Shown here: piece by piece, positions 24,773 to 37,130 of the stretch
How positions within the stretch are numbered: the stretch's first letter is position 1
Layout: each line of letters opens with the position of its first letter
DNA from: Lama glama
Taxonomy: Eukaryota
DNA: 64,000 nucleotides
Assembly (NCBI GenBank): GCA_028534125.1
Contig: CM052817.1
Location: forward strand, 45,386,001 to 45,450,000
Reading direction: 5' to 3'
The notes under the pieces: model-generated
Seen by the model: the letters and a program-made list of their open reading frames with translations, nothing else
What the model was told of the DNA's origin: nothing
The model's database searches: none
Position numbers and translations under genes: made by a program

Positions 24773-25924
24773 GTGACGACTTCAGTGGGCTCTTCCCCCA
24801 CGAGCTTCCGCCGGGCCGGGCTGGGGGCGGGGTGGGCAGGCGGTTAGGTTGGGCTAACTTTGAGGCCAAGCTGTTTGTCAGAATGCCTTCCTTCACGTAC
24901 CTGGGTTCCTGCGGTCGAGAGCGTTTTGTCACGGCGACGACGGCTCACCTTTCCTCCTGTTTTGTATTTTATAAGCAGAACTCTTCTTGCTTGGGAAGAG
25001 CATGGGCTTGCACATCGGTTACTTTGTCAATGGGTTTAATTATTTAGTCCTTTGCTGCTGAAAGTAGACTGAGGCATCCCCAGGCCTGTGCTGGCTTTTT
25101 CCCAGGATCACTTACAGGTGTGTGATGAAATAGCAGAAGCGGGATAAGCAAGTGGAGGAGAATCGGAGTACGATTTTACCTCCCGTAGTAAATACGTTTT
25201 ATAGCTTGCCAGCTTTATTTCAGTGGCAGTGAGTATGCCTAAGCCTGCCAAGGAGAAAAACCTGTGTGGAATAGGAAAATAGTCATGTAATTGCCACTAA
25301 ATAGGAACTTACGTATAGGAGAATGCTTAGTATGTATCCACTGTTACTTTTGCTGTTTGAGAAAAATTCCTCGCCAATCTAGAACTTTAAAAACTGGCAT
25401 CCATTCAGTTAAAGTTAGTTAATTTTTCTTGCAAGAAGCAGTTTAAAGATTTTGCTTAGAAAGCTTCAGGTTTGAAATTCCCTAGTCCTACTCCCAGATC
25501 TTAGCTCTGCTCCTTAATAACGCAGTACTTTTGAGAAAACTACTGTTTAAGTGCCCCATGTGTAAAATAGGGGTGATAGAAGTTCCTGTTTAATAAAAAA
25601 AAAATTATGAGGCCTGTAAGGACAGCCTAAAGCCTTTTCTGTAGGCTGTGGTGTGGTGAACGTTGCGCACTGGATGAAGCTCTTTGACAGTAGGTCATTC
25701 ACCAGGTGTTCTGTAAGGAAACTGAATGCTATCCTTATGATTTCATTTCCACTGAGATGTTCTGTTAGTTTCAAACTTGAGGCCTAAAACTGAATTCAGC
25801 ATCTTAGCCCTCATCTCATTTCCCCAAGAAACCATGCAGGTAACATTTGTGTTTTAGAGCACTGAGATACTTGACCATGAGTAGAAAATGCTTTTTTGCC
25901 TCCCCAGCTTTGTTAAATATCAGA

Positions 25925-26880
25925 GACCTAGTGAAGAGTTTTAAGGAGGAAGTAATCAACCAAATCAAATGCTGCTGTTTGGGTAAGATGAGAACTGAAA
26001 ATTGACGTTTAAATTTGGCAAGGAGGTCACTGGTGATCCTGACAAGAAAAGTCTCAGTGGAGGCATAAGGACAAAGCCTGCTTGGCACGGATTCAAGAGA
26101 GAAGGGCGATAGTGGAAATGGAAATGGCTTTTGTAGACAATTCTTAGAGTTTTGCTGTGAAAGAGAGCAAAATAAATAAATAAAATGATGCTGTAGTTGC
26201 TGGGAGATTGGGATCATGGTTTTTTTTCCCCTTAAGATGGGAGGTGTTGCAGCATATTTGTATATTCTTAGAAATGACCCAATTTATCATGCAGGAGGGA
26301 GAGGGAAAACTAGGAGCTCTGCCTTTGAGTAGCCCAGCAGAAGATTGGTTCCAGTGCATGAGTAGAGGAGGTGGCTTTAGATGAAAACATGGGCTGTAGA
26401 CTGCAGAAGGAAGAACAGTGACATACATTTTCAAGTAGGTTGACAGAGTTTGTGGGAGGATGTTCTCTTTTGATTATTTCTGTTTCACAGTGAAATAAGC
26501 AAGGTCATCAGTAAGTGGGGAAGAAGGGGTGTTTGAGGTTTAAAGAGAAAGGAGAAGATGTGAAGTAATCATCTAGGTCTTAGGTGCTCGACTCTAGAAG
26601 AATGAGGGAATTGACTAGGGAAACATGGAAGTAAGAGCCTACTTTTTATTAGTGGTTGTGACTTACAAGAGAGACCAGCCAGTGTGGCGGTGCTTTTACT
26701 TTAGCCATATTTATCTGTTCCAATGCAGGTTGAGTGGGCGACAATTGGATTTAACCAGAGTTGGGATTCTGGGTAGGTGAGTACGTAGAGGAAGAAGAGA
26801 AGGAAGAAACTGGGGTGTGTGCAAGGGAGGAACTGGAATGAGTTGAAAAAGAGAGGGTGGAGTGGTTAGAGAATTTCATA
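25925..26880 (-). mobile_element. L2 fragment
   Basis: tcaaatgctgctg...taagatgagaactgaaaattgac...ggaggtcactggtgatcctgacaaga. Confidence 0.75.
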
Positions 26881-26923
26881 CTTGAGATTAAGATACAAAC
26901 AGGATTCAGTTCTTGTTCTAGAG

Positions 26924-28139
26924 TAGTGGTTCTGAAAGTATGGTGACTGGCCTCCTGGGGATTCCTGAGGGCCATTAGAAAACTACTTTCTAATACTAAG
27001 ACATTACTTGTCTTTTTCAGCGTGTGTAAGACAAACAGTTAAAACTGCTGGCACCTTAGCACAAATCAAGGCAGTGGCACTGAACTGTATTACACCTATA
27101 GTTTAAAAAAAAAAGTTTCACTTAAAATGTCGTTGATAAAATTAAAGCAATAAAATTATCAGTTGTATAAAATCCCAGTCCTTGAAGTCATGTCTTTTTA
27201 TATGTTTGATGAAATGGGATGTTTTCATCAAGCACTTCTGCAAACTGAAGTTAGGCGATTGTTCTGAGGAGAAGCTCTTATGCAACTGGATATGAACTGA
27301 ACTAGTTCCTTTTTTTAGTGGCACACTTTTTACTTGAACTGTAGTTTTTCAAACTTGTGCATTTGGTGGATATTTTCTCAAATAGGGAAATTAGACGCTC
27401 ATTACAAGGAAGACAGTCAGCAGTGACAAAATTCAAACTTTCATGTAAAAATTAGAATTTTACAAACTTGTGTTAGCCTTTCTTAGCTTGAAAGCTTCAC
27501 AGTACCTAAAGACTTTTCTGATAATATGGGTAGTGATGTTAATGTGATTTTTTTGATACTGCATATCGGTTGTGGGCACATCGGGAAGATTTGCATAACT
27601 CAGTGAATTGGTATTTTCCAAATGACCAATGCATGGATAAAAGGTCCATTCAAAATGCAAGATAGATCAATGGATTTTAATGTAACAGGCAGAAAAGTTC
27701 ACTGATTAATTTCAGATTCCATGTTGTAGCTTGTGGTTTTTAAGAGTTGTTGAGTTTTGGTGTAGTATCAGAGAATAATATCCATAATTCTCTGAAAAAG
27801 CTGTTAAAATACACCTCCCTTTTCCAACTGCATATTTGTGTAAGGCCAAAATTTCTTTATATACTTAACCAAAACTGATTGAATACAGAAACAGATATGA
27901 GAATCTACCTATTTTGTGGGAAAATGTAGCCATTTTTCATTCAAATATGTTATTTATGTTAACATGTAATTGGTTGCTATTTTAGAAAGAAGTAAGTATT
28001 TAAAAAATCTTTTGAGTTTTAATTTATAATATGGTAAGTATCAATAGATATAATTCACATAAACAAAACCTCTTTGGGATCCTTACTAATTTTTAAGAGT
28101 GTAAATGGGTCCTGAAGCCAAAACATTTGAGAACCACTG
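26924..28139. mobile_element. Charlie1-like hAT DNA transposon (internally deleted)
   Basis: Terminal inverted repeats tagtggttctgaaa and tttgagaaccactg. Internal Charlie-like sequence. Confidence 0.8.
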
Positions 28140-28430
28140 TGGTATGCCTGAGAGTACGTGGCTGAGGAGCCTTGGAGGACAAGGCCATTGGAAGTGAGAA
28201 AGGAACGGAGAGCTCAGGGTGTTGGAGGGATTACCATTGAATGTGCAGGTCACTAAGATTTAGGACAAAAGTAGAATTAGAAAGAAAGGGAGCCAGTTGA
28301 GTGTTAAACAAGGAAGGAACTGTGTTACAGGAAGTCACAGCATAGGAAGTCTTCAGAAATAAGGGGATTTGAAAGGTCACAGTGTACTAGAAAGTGTTAG
28401 GTTAGCTTACTGGCCTGGAAACTTCTTGAT

Positions 28431-28880
28431 GTACTGGTTAGGGTAAGGCTAAGTTGCTGTAACAAAAAGTCTCAATAGTAAGTGTGAACTAAAGGATAGA
28501 GTTTATTTATTCTTACCTAACAATTCAAGGTAAGTCATCTAGTTTGGAAATGAGGTTTTGTTCCACAGGATCACTCCAGGGACAGGTCTTTTCCCATTGT
28601 GTTATTTTGCCATGTTTTAGGGCATATAGTCATCAGCTGAGTTGCTGCCATATCCAGGTTTCAGTTGTTGGAAAGGGAGAAGGGAGCAGGGAGGAGGCAT
28701 GTCCAGTTTCTTAATATTCAGGCCTAGGAGTGGCACTGAATGTTTCTGCTCATATTCTGTTGGTAAGAACTTAATCACTTGGCTACAGCTAACATTAAGG
28801 AAACTAGTACAGCTGGGTAATCGTGTGCCCAGGAAGAAGGAGAGAGTAGATTTTGTTGAACAGCTGTTAGTCTTTGCCAT
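28431..28880 (-). mobile_element. MLT1-type MaLR LTR
   Basis: tgtactggttagggtaaggctaagttgctgtaacaaa ... aacagctgttagtctttgcca. Confidence 0.65.
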
Positions 28881-29341
28881 TCTTGAAAACAAGGACTATC
28901 TTTATTGCGTCCTTTAAAGTATCAGGGACATAGTTGATGGTTAATAAACATCAGTGAACTAAAATATAATCTTTATAATATTTAATGCTTAGGGGTTGAA
29001 ATAGGTAAATGAATTTATCTGAAAATGTCTGAATAAAAGTTGCCTGCCTGCCATTTAGGTTGAAAATGAATTTAGGGTGTTGTGAGATTAGTTTTTCAGT
29101 CTGTACTGCCATCCTTCACAGTTCTTCTGTCTTTGAGGACAAGGTTGTGTTCAACTTGATACAGATGTATAGGTGTTGAAGGGAAAACAGTGAAATGTTA
29201 TGTTTAGGATCAGTTTACCAAATGAGTTACTGGTTGTAATCTTTGACCTTGTTCCAGGAGGAGGAGGAAAGACATTTCTTTTTACATTACAAACTTGTCT
29301 TCTCTTGCTTCTTATAACTCTTTTTCTCTCCTGGGGTTTAG

Positions 29342-29461
29342 GCACCTTGTTGTGACAAGCTGTATACTTGCCGGTTGTGTCATGATAAACATGAAGATCA
29401 TCAGCTAGATCGCTTTAAAGTAAAGGAGGTGCAGTGCATAAACTGTGAAAAAATTCAACAT
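29342..29461 (+). CDS. RCHY1: RCHY1 exon 2 (APCCDKLYTCRLCHD...QCINCEKIQH)
   Basis: tttag acceptor, gtaag donor. 120 nt. CHY zinc-finger cysteines. Confidence 0.96.
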
Positions 29462-29698
29462 GTAAGATTTTATCACATATTTCTATTATCTTTCTTTTAA
29501 AAAATTTACTAAGGTGGTTTAAGAAATTTAAGACTATTGTAAATAAGACTTCTTTAACTCTTAAAATAAGCAATATCTTGGATTTAAATGTTTTCAAACT
29601 TATAAAGATAAAACATGTTAACAAAAATTCTGGATATTCAAATAGTAATTCAAAATGTTTTGATACATTTATTCTAATTTTTTAGTTTTTTTTTTTAG

Positions 29699-29814
29699 GC
29701 ACAACAGACTTGTGAAGAATGTAACACATTGTTTGGAGAATATTATTGCAGTATATGCCATCTATTTGACAAGGACAAGAAACAGTATCATTGTGAAAAC
29801 TGTGGAATTTGTAG
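29699..29814 (+). CDS. RCHY1: RCHY1 exon 3 (AQQTCEECNTLFGEYYCSICHLFDKDKKQYHCENCGIC-R)
   Basis: Poly-T+ag acceptor, AG/gtactg donor. 116 nt. Confidence 0.96.
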
Positions 29815-30549
29815 GTACTGTATGTAAAATGTCCTTTCCTAATTACTTGTAATATATCTGAGCAATACAGTTTTTAAAATCAAACTTAATTGGAATATAA
29901 TTACCTCTTATAAAGTGCATTCATTTTAAGTGTCCAGTTCTGTAGCTTTTGACAAATATATATCCTGTGTTACTACCAACACAAGATTAAAAAATTTCCA
30001 TTCTAAAAAGTTTTTTTATGCCTCTTTTGCAATAATCATTTAACTAGCCCATCAGCAATTTAAAATGTATTTAAAATTTTAACTTTGGGGTAGAAAGTAT
30101 GCTTTTATAGGAAGTGTTTTGTAGGCAACTAAGGTAGAAAGTTAGGGCAGATTTTTCCTTTTTATAAATTACTTCTTGAAAAAATATCGGAAATTTTGAT
30201 AAAGTCAATTCAGGCTTAAAAATTGGAAAATACAGAAAAGTAGAAAGAATAGAAAATGAACCAACCTGCAGTCCAACCACTCACTGACAAGCTGCTACTA
30301 GCATGTTGGTATATTGGAACTTTTTTCTTTCTAAGAATCCTGAAGTGTTAGATATATACAAAAGCATATATGTAACATATGTGTGTTTTAAAGTATGCTA
30401 GTACAACAGGCTACTCATTTTAGGAAATGGAATGTTGCTGTTGGAGCTCTAAGTGTTCTATGTCAGTCCTTTCTCCTTGTTCCCATTCAGTTTGCAAGGA
30501 AGGATAAAAAAACATACCAAAAGATGTAGAAATCATAAGCAAACAACCA

Positions 30550-31490
30550 TTTCTAGTTTTTATCTCTAGAAGTTTAATTTGGGTCTTTTTTATATCTTTC
30601 ATGTCTATACTATTTGAGGTTATGGAATACGGTTATAATAATCGGTTTAATGTCCTTCTCTGCTAATTCTAACATCTGTGTCATTTCTGAATTAATTTTG
30701 ATTGATTGACTATTCTTTTCTTTTTGGGTTAGGTTTTCCTGCCTCTTTGCATGCCTGGTCATTGTTGATTGGACAGCAAGCATTGTGATTTTTACCATGT
30801 TAGGTGCTGAATATTTTTATATTCCTGTAAATTTTTTTGAGCTTTATTTTGTTGTGATGCAGTTAAGTTACTTGGAAACAGTTTGAAACTTTTGGGACTT
30901 GTTAGATGGATCTGGAGGTGTGCTTGTTCTAGGAGTAATCATTCCTCACTACTGAGGCAGTACCTTCCGGGTACTCTTACCTGATACTCCATGAATTCTA
31001 AGGTTTTCCAGTCTGACTTATGGAAATAAGCACTGATCCTGGCCATGTGTGAAAGGCGAGCACTGTGCCTTCAGTTCCCTTGGATGATTCTTTCCCTGGC
31101 CTTGGGTGGTTTCCCACATGCATGCACTGATGTGTATCCTGCTAAACTTGAGAGGGTCCTCCGTGCAGCTCTGCCCTCTCTCGTACTTTGTCCTGTGAAC
31201 TCCAGCTGCTTTGGTTTCCTTGGACTCTCAATTCATCTTCTCAATCAGGAAGTCTTCCTGACTCTGCCTCACCTCCTCCAGCTTGTCCTACTACCTGAAA
31301 ATGCTCTAGGCAATAAGCTGGGGCAGTTGTAGGGTTCACTTAATTTGTTTCCTGTATCTCACAGATCCCTGTCTTTCATTGCCTGATGTTCAGTGACACT
31401 TGTTTCGTAGATCTTGTTTGGGTTTTGTGGCTGTTTTAGGTAGGAGGGTAGATCCAGTCTCTGTCTGTTATTCTATCTTGGGCAGTAGTG
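30550..31490 (-). mobile_element. Old L1 5' UTR/ORF1 start
   Basis: Reverse homology to the 12.7-13.6 kb L1 5' region (TRHAKRQEN..QMLELAEKDIK). Confidence 0.75.
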
Positions 31491-32497
31491 AAAAGCTTCC
31501 CTGCAGGGTTTTACCTGTGGAGCTTGATAGGCTGATTGTAAATTTCATCTGGAAGAGAAAATTCACAGCTAAGCAGATTTTGAAAAGGAAGAAAAAGGAG
31601 GGGATTGCCTTTGCACATTTCAAAACATGGTAAAGTTACAGTAATTTGAATGGTGTGTTCTTTGTGAAAGAACAGACATTGATAAAGGGAAAACACTTTG
31701 TGTATATACATTCACATATTTATAAATATGGATTTATAACAAGTGATATTTCAAATCAGGGGAAAGGACATTAAGGTAATTACCCATTTGGGAAACAAAA
31801 ATTGATTGCTAAAACTGTGCATTCATTAGAATACGTTTTTAGTGTGTTGCAACAGAAACCCAAATTAACAGGTGGCTCAAGAAAGACAGAAGTTTGTATT
31901 TCTCATGGAAAAATCTGAACCATGTAGTTATTTCTTTTGCCTGGCCGTCCATAAGATACTTTCTTGTCTGCATAATTTAAAAGACCTCATATTCTGGTCA
32001 GTGGAAAGGGGAAAATAGGTGAAAGAAAGTTATACTCTTTTCTCCTGAGGGCACAGAATAGAATTTTCATTTGTATCTTCTGTTCACAACCTCCAGAGAA
32101 GTTAGAAAATAGTCTTTATTCAGGCAGCCCTGTGCCTAGCTAAATGTTCTGTTGTTGTCCAAGAAGGGGATAAAAGAAATTTGGGGACAACTAGCAATCT
32201 CATGTTTACTGTACATACTACATTTCAAATGGATGGAAACAAAATATAAAAATTAAAGTCATAGTATTAGAAGTGTATATGTTTATGACCTATAGGTTTC
32301 AAAAGTTTTTCTAAAACAAGAGGCAGGAGCATAAGCCATAAAGTAGAGTATCATTGGCTTTTTATTACACAGGCATTAAAATGGCTGTATGACAAAACAT
32401 ACCAAAAAAAAAAAAGATGATATACCAGAAGAGTAATTGTAGCATATGCAAATGAAAAAAATTAATACCCAAGATATGTAAAGAGTTCCTTTAAATT

Positions 32498-33181
32498 AGG
32501 TTCCTCAAAAAACTAAAAATATAACGACCACATGCTCTTCTGTTCCTGGGTAACATATCTGAAAAAAAATGGAAACACTAATTCAAAAAGGTACGTGCAC
32601 CCCAATGTTCATAAACAGCATAATTTACAGTAGCCAAGATATGGAAGCAACCCAAGTGTACACCAACAGATGAATGGTTAAAGAAGATGTATTATTGTGT
32701 ATATACATACACATATACACAGAGACACAAAATGGAATATTACTCAGCTATAGAAAAGAGTGAAATTCTGCCATTTACGATGCCATGGATGGACCTACAG
32801 AATATTATGCTTAGGAAAAGTCAGAGAAAGACAATGATGTATGTTATCGCTTACATGTGGAATCTAAAAAAATAAAAGAAACGAATGTATATAACAAAAC
32901 AAAAACCAACTCACAGATACAGAAAACAAACTAGTGGATACCAAGTGGTGAGAAAGATGGGAGGGAGAGATAAGATACAGGGTAAGTGATTAAGAGATAC
33001 AGACTCCTATGCATAAAATAGATAAGCAGCAAGGATATATGGTTCTGCACAGGAAAACATAGCCATTACTTTGTAATAACTCTAAATGGAGTATAATTTA
33101 TAAAAATATTTGATCACTATGCTCTACACTTGAAACTAATATGATACTGTAAATCAGTTACATACTTCAATTAAAAAATAA
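32498..33181 (+). mobile_element. L1 3' end inserted into an older L1ME-like relic (~31500-33930) in RCHY1 intron 3
   Basis: Translates MEYYSAIEKSEILPF. 18-bp TSD AAAGAG(T/C)TCCTTTAAATT at 32480-32497 and 33182-33199. Confidence 0.88.
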
Positions 33182-33975
33182 AAAGAGCTCCTTTAAATTG
33201 ATAAAAAGACAAATACCCTAGTAGAAAAATGAACCGGGTACATGAATAGAAAATCCACAAGAGAAATCCAGATAGTTCATAAACATTAAAATGTGCTCTG
33301 TCTCATTTGAAAGTCTGTCATATAGGTAACCAGTTTTGGCTAGGGGTGGGGAGCATGGGTGCTGTCACGCACTGTTGTGGAAGTATAAATTAGTGTATCT
33401 TTGGAGGTCGGTTTGGCAGTATAAGAACTGATGATGCAGTGCCCTCTGACGCCATAGTTTCACTTTTAGGAAATTTATAAAAAGTCATCAACATATAGGT
33501 TAAGTGATGTGTGTATACGGGTATTTATTATGTATTGTATTAACTAAAGATAGTAAAGTATATAATAAAGGAATACTAAAAAATTATGACATATCCATAC
33601 CATGTAGTACAATGTAACTATAAAGAAGAATGAGGTCGTATGTAGTCATTCATAGAATACTCTTCAGGAAAAATTGTGAAGTGGAAAAAAAGTTGCAGAA
33701 CAGGATGTGTAGAAAGAATCAATTTATGTAAAAAATAAAACGCTAAGTGTGTATGTCTGTATATATATGTGCAATTTTGTAGGAAAAACATGGAAGGGTA
33801 GATACCATTCTGTTTATAGTGCTTACATTTGGGGAGTGATGTTGGAAAGGTAGGGGTGTACCTCATATTCCTCAGTGTGGTTTGAACTTTCTTTACAGTG
33901 AAACTGAACCTTTGTAATGAACAAATCACTGCAGTAAAAACGAATCTAATCTTTTGTTTTTCATGTATTTTTTAG

Positions 33976-34054
33976 GATTGGTCCAAAGGAAGATTTTTTC
34001 CACTGTTCGAAATGTAACTTATGCCTCGCTATGAATCTTCGAGGAAAGCACAAG
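33976..34054 (+). CDS. RCHY1: RCHY1 exon 4 (IGPKEDFFHCSKCNLCLAMNLRGKHK)
   Basis: tttag acceptor, AAG/gtatat donor. 79 nt, in frame. Confidence 0.96.
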
Positions 34055-35019
34055 GTATATAATTCAGTTTGTGAGATTTGAAAAGTATTACAATGTTTTT
34101 GAAAACAGCTTAAATCCTAATTTGTTTAAAAGCATGCTAATTATCAGATATTACCAAGCTCAACCGTATCGCTTTTTATTTTTAAGCATTATTAAGAAGT
34201 AGATGTTCTAAAGTATACACCTCAGAATGTCTGGTCTACAGTTCCTTTTCTTTATAGGTGTAAGAATGTTTATATCAATTATTAGTTAAGTGTAGACAAC
34301 TTCTAAATTAGCTTATGGTACTGGTTTTAAGAATAGCTTTCAAGATGTCTAGTACAGGAGAAATACAGAGTGGTGTAACCTTTTGTTAGCACAGCATTCC
34401 AAGAAAATTCAGTATTTCTTTCATAATTAGACAGAAATATTTTTAATTTGGATGTAGCTGTTATATCATGATCCCAGGCCCTTTAAAAATTATTTTTCAT
34501 TATTTAGGAAAAAATCTAATAAACTGTCATCTATATTACTGATTCTATCCAGTAATTTACAGAATGGAGAGACTAATGAGGGTTTTTAAAAAATAGATAC
34601 TAGATAATAATGTACCTAAAATCCTAAAGTGGTGAGAGAAATTGAGTTGAGTAATGAACATATGGGATATGATGACAAGGTATAAGGGTGAAAGAACGGG
34701 GCTGAATAAAGATGACTCCCAAGGTTTTTAGCCCTGGCTTAAAGTACTTGATTAATAGATTGAAATTTGTAGAAGATACAAGATTGAGTTGGGTTTTACG
34801 GACTTGAGTTTGGGGTGATAGCAAGATATGCCATGCTATCTTTAGGAAACTGTATATTTACTTTCTCTTGTGGTGTTTTTATTTGATTTCTCAGTTGTTT
34901 TTTACTGTCTATGTTAGTAAATGGTCCTACATCTATTTAAGTGCTTAAAAAAACCTGGGCATCGTCCATAGTTTGGTGCTTTCTTTTACCTCCCCACACC
35001 TAATCAGACACTGTCTTGT

Positions 35020-35255
35020 GAAGTTAAGAATGCAGGCCGTGGGTGCGGACTGTTGGTGCTCAAATTATATTTTTACCTCTTGCTAGTGTGTAATTTTGGG
35101 AGTTATTTAGCTTCTCTGGGCCTCAAATACCTCACCTGTAAAATGGGGTAATTATACCTGTTTCATTTAGAGTTGTGGGAATTAATGAGCTAATGCTGGT
35201 AATAAACTTGATATATGGCATGTAGTAAAAACTCTATAATATGAACTGTTAACTA
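35020..35255 (+). mobile_element. MIR SINE
   Basis: ctctgggcctcaaatacctcacctgtaaaatggg core. Confidence 0.7.
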
Positions 35256-35613
35256 TTAATAGCATTATTAAGCAGTTTAGCTTTAGAGTAAAAGACATAT
35301 AAAATAAAAGGGTTCCAAACATTGTTATCTCTGAATGTTTGGTAAATCTTGGCTCAACTAAATTTCCTTATCTGTAAAATAAAGATAATTTGAATAAGGT
35401 GTAATAAGCAATTTCATTGTTTCAGGTAATGTGCAAAGCCTGAAATAGTTGTGAGTTTATCAGTCAGTTCTTGTCTGACGTATAAGAAACATGTATTAAT
35501 GTTAATAATTACTATCTTTAGTAAGTTGATATTGTTTCCATTGTTAGTTTTTATTAGTTATATCATTTCCATCTAGTTAAGCTTGTGGTAATTTTAGTTT
35601 CCGTTTTGAACAG

Positions 35614-35658
35614 TGTATTGAAAATGTTTCCCGGCAGGATTGTCCAATATGTTTGGAG
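35614..35658 (+). CDS. RCHY1: RCHY1 exon 5 (CIENVSRQDCPICLE)
   Basis: aacag acceptor, gtaagc donor. 45 nt. First RING CxxC. Confidence 0.95.
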
Positions 35659-35764
35659 GTAAGCTTAAAGTATTTTTTGCTTTGGAAATATCCTCTCTTG
35701 AATTTAAAATACTGGGTATTTATATTGTCTTCATGTAAGCACTAATGTTTGTTTACTTTTGCAG

Positions 35765-35823
35765 GACATTCACACATCCCGTATTGTTGCTCATGTCTTG
35801 CCATGTGGACATCTTCTACATAG
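35765..35823 (+). CDS. RCHY1: RCHY1 exon 6 (DIHTSRIVAHVLPCGHLLH-R)
   Basis: tgcag acceptor, gtaaag donor. 59 nt. RING-H2 CGHxxH. Confidence 0.95.
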
Positions 35824-35912
35824 GTAAAGTAACCTGTGTTTTTCCTCAAAAATATTTGAAAATAGTGGAGATACTTTTTGCTTTACTAAAATAATGTTAT
35901 GTTTACTTTCAG

Positions 35913-35939
35913 AACGTGTTATGAAGAAATGTTGAAAGA
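35913..35939 (+). CDS. RCHY1: RCHY1 exon 7, 27-nt microexon (TCYEEMLK-E)
   Basis: tttcag acceptor, gtgagt donor. Supplies RING ligand C172. Confidence 0.93.
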
Positions 35940-36509
35940 GTGAGTATGTGATGGGATTTAAAAAAATTGTAATTGTAAGATGTCCGTTTTCTTTTTTAGT
36001 TTTCTTGAGAGGAGGAAGAAATAGGCAAACCTTGCAGTAGGATATGGCACATATATTTCTCAAGATAGGTAGGGTAGATGAGTGGTGTTAAATTGGAGAA
36101 AGCTTGTTGGGGGGTGTGGGACTACACCATTGTTCCCATGTTTCTATTATGCCTTGTCTCATCCCACAACGTGAGACAGATTCCTCTTATTTTCTGGCTA
36201 TGCTTACTGGGGAGTTCAGTCTTTGCCAGTGACAGTCATAGTGTTGTAAAAAGTAAAGATGCTGAGGCATGTTGTGCAAAATTCTGAGTTATGTTGGCCA
36301 AGTATAATGACGTGCAAAAAAGTCTGATAACAGGATTTAGTTAATGCTGACTTTATCGTGGGGAAGGGATGGTAAATGAGATGCAAATAGGAAAGAGGAG
36401 ACTGTGTAAATGTGTTTTGCTCCTGCAAATTAATGAGCAGAAATTTTAATTTTATTTAAGAGCCTGATAAAAGGAAACTTTTTCTGAAGTTTTAGAAAGG
36501 AAGTAATAT

Positions 36510-36616
36510 AGGGGGTGGGTATAGCTGAGTGGTAGAGCATGTGCTTAGCATGCATGAGATTCTGGGTTCAATCTCCGGTACCTCTAATTAAAAAAAAACC
36601 AAAGAGCAAAAAAGGT
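36510..36616 (+). mobile_element. tRNA-Ala-derived SINE (Vic-1-like) in RCHY1 intron 7
   Basis: A and B boxes, AGC anticodon-like loop, A tail. 16-bp TSD AGAAAGGAA(G/A)TAATAT at 36494-36509 and 36617-36632. Confidence 0.88.
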
Positions 36617-37009
36617 AGAAAGGAAATAATATGATCTGAATTAAGTTTTAAGGAATGCAGTCTCTTCTTTGACTGAATATATTAAGAAATTAAGGTTGTT
36701 TAGCTAAAAAGCAGATTAATTGGTTTTTAAAATATATAGAGTGTATTCTACAAAGAGCATAGAATAATTTCTCTCTATTTTAGAGAACTGAGGGAAAAAA
36801 TGTAGATTTTAAAAAGTACCCTATGATCAAGATTTAATAGAAAACTTTTATAGTATAAAGTACCCAGGTTTGTAATGGATTATCTTAAAATATAGAATAA
36901 TGCCCTGTCTTGGATGGTTTGTGTACCAGTTAGCATGTGTCTTCTTGTTTGCCTGAGCTGATATACTCTCCATTTACTGTTTGGAAAATAACTCTTCTGT
37001 CTTTTCTAG

Positions 37010-37130
37010 AGGCTACAGATGTCCATTATGTATGCACTCTGCTTTAGATATGACTAGGTACTGGAGGCAGCTGGATGATGAGGTAGCACAGACTCCTATG
37101 CCATCAGAGTATCAGAACATGACTGTGGAT
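37010..37130 (+). CDS. RCHY1: RCHY1 exon 8 (GYRCPLCMHSALDMTRYWRQLDDEVAQTPMPSEYQNMTVD)
   Basis: ttctag acceptor, gtgagt donor. 121 nt. Last RING CxxC. Confidence 0.96.

Larger units (their letters stand above)
24170..24950. promoter_or_regulatory. Bidirectional CpG-island promoter shared by THAP6 and RCHY1
   Basis: Only strongly GC/CpG-rich segment in the window. ETS-type CCGGAA at 24503-24509 (-), 24526-24531 (+) and 24572-24577 (-). E-box GTCACGTGAT 24547-24556. YY1-type CCGCCATCTT 24560-24569. GC boxes. Confidence 0.9.

Noticed and set aside
24170..25047. Overlapping GC-rich ORFs in the CpG island
   Set aside because: Stop-codon scarcity in GC-rich DNA explains them. Only RCHY1 exon 1 is supported, and the 24566 ATG is considered only as a uORF.
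37007..37011. TAGAG tandem acceptor at RCHY1 exon 8
   Set aside because: Only the first AG keeps the frame, and GAG is a poor acceptor. No sign of functional use.
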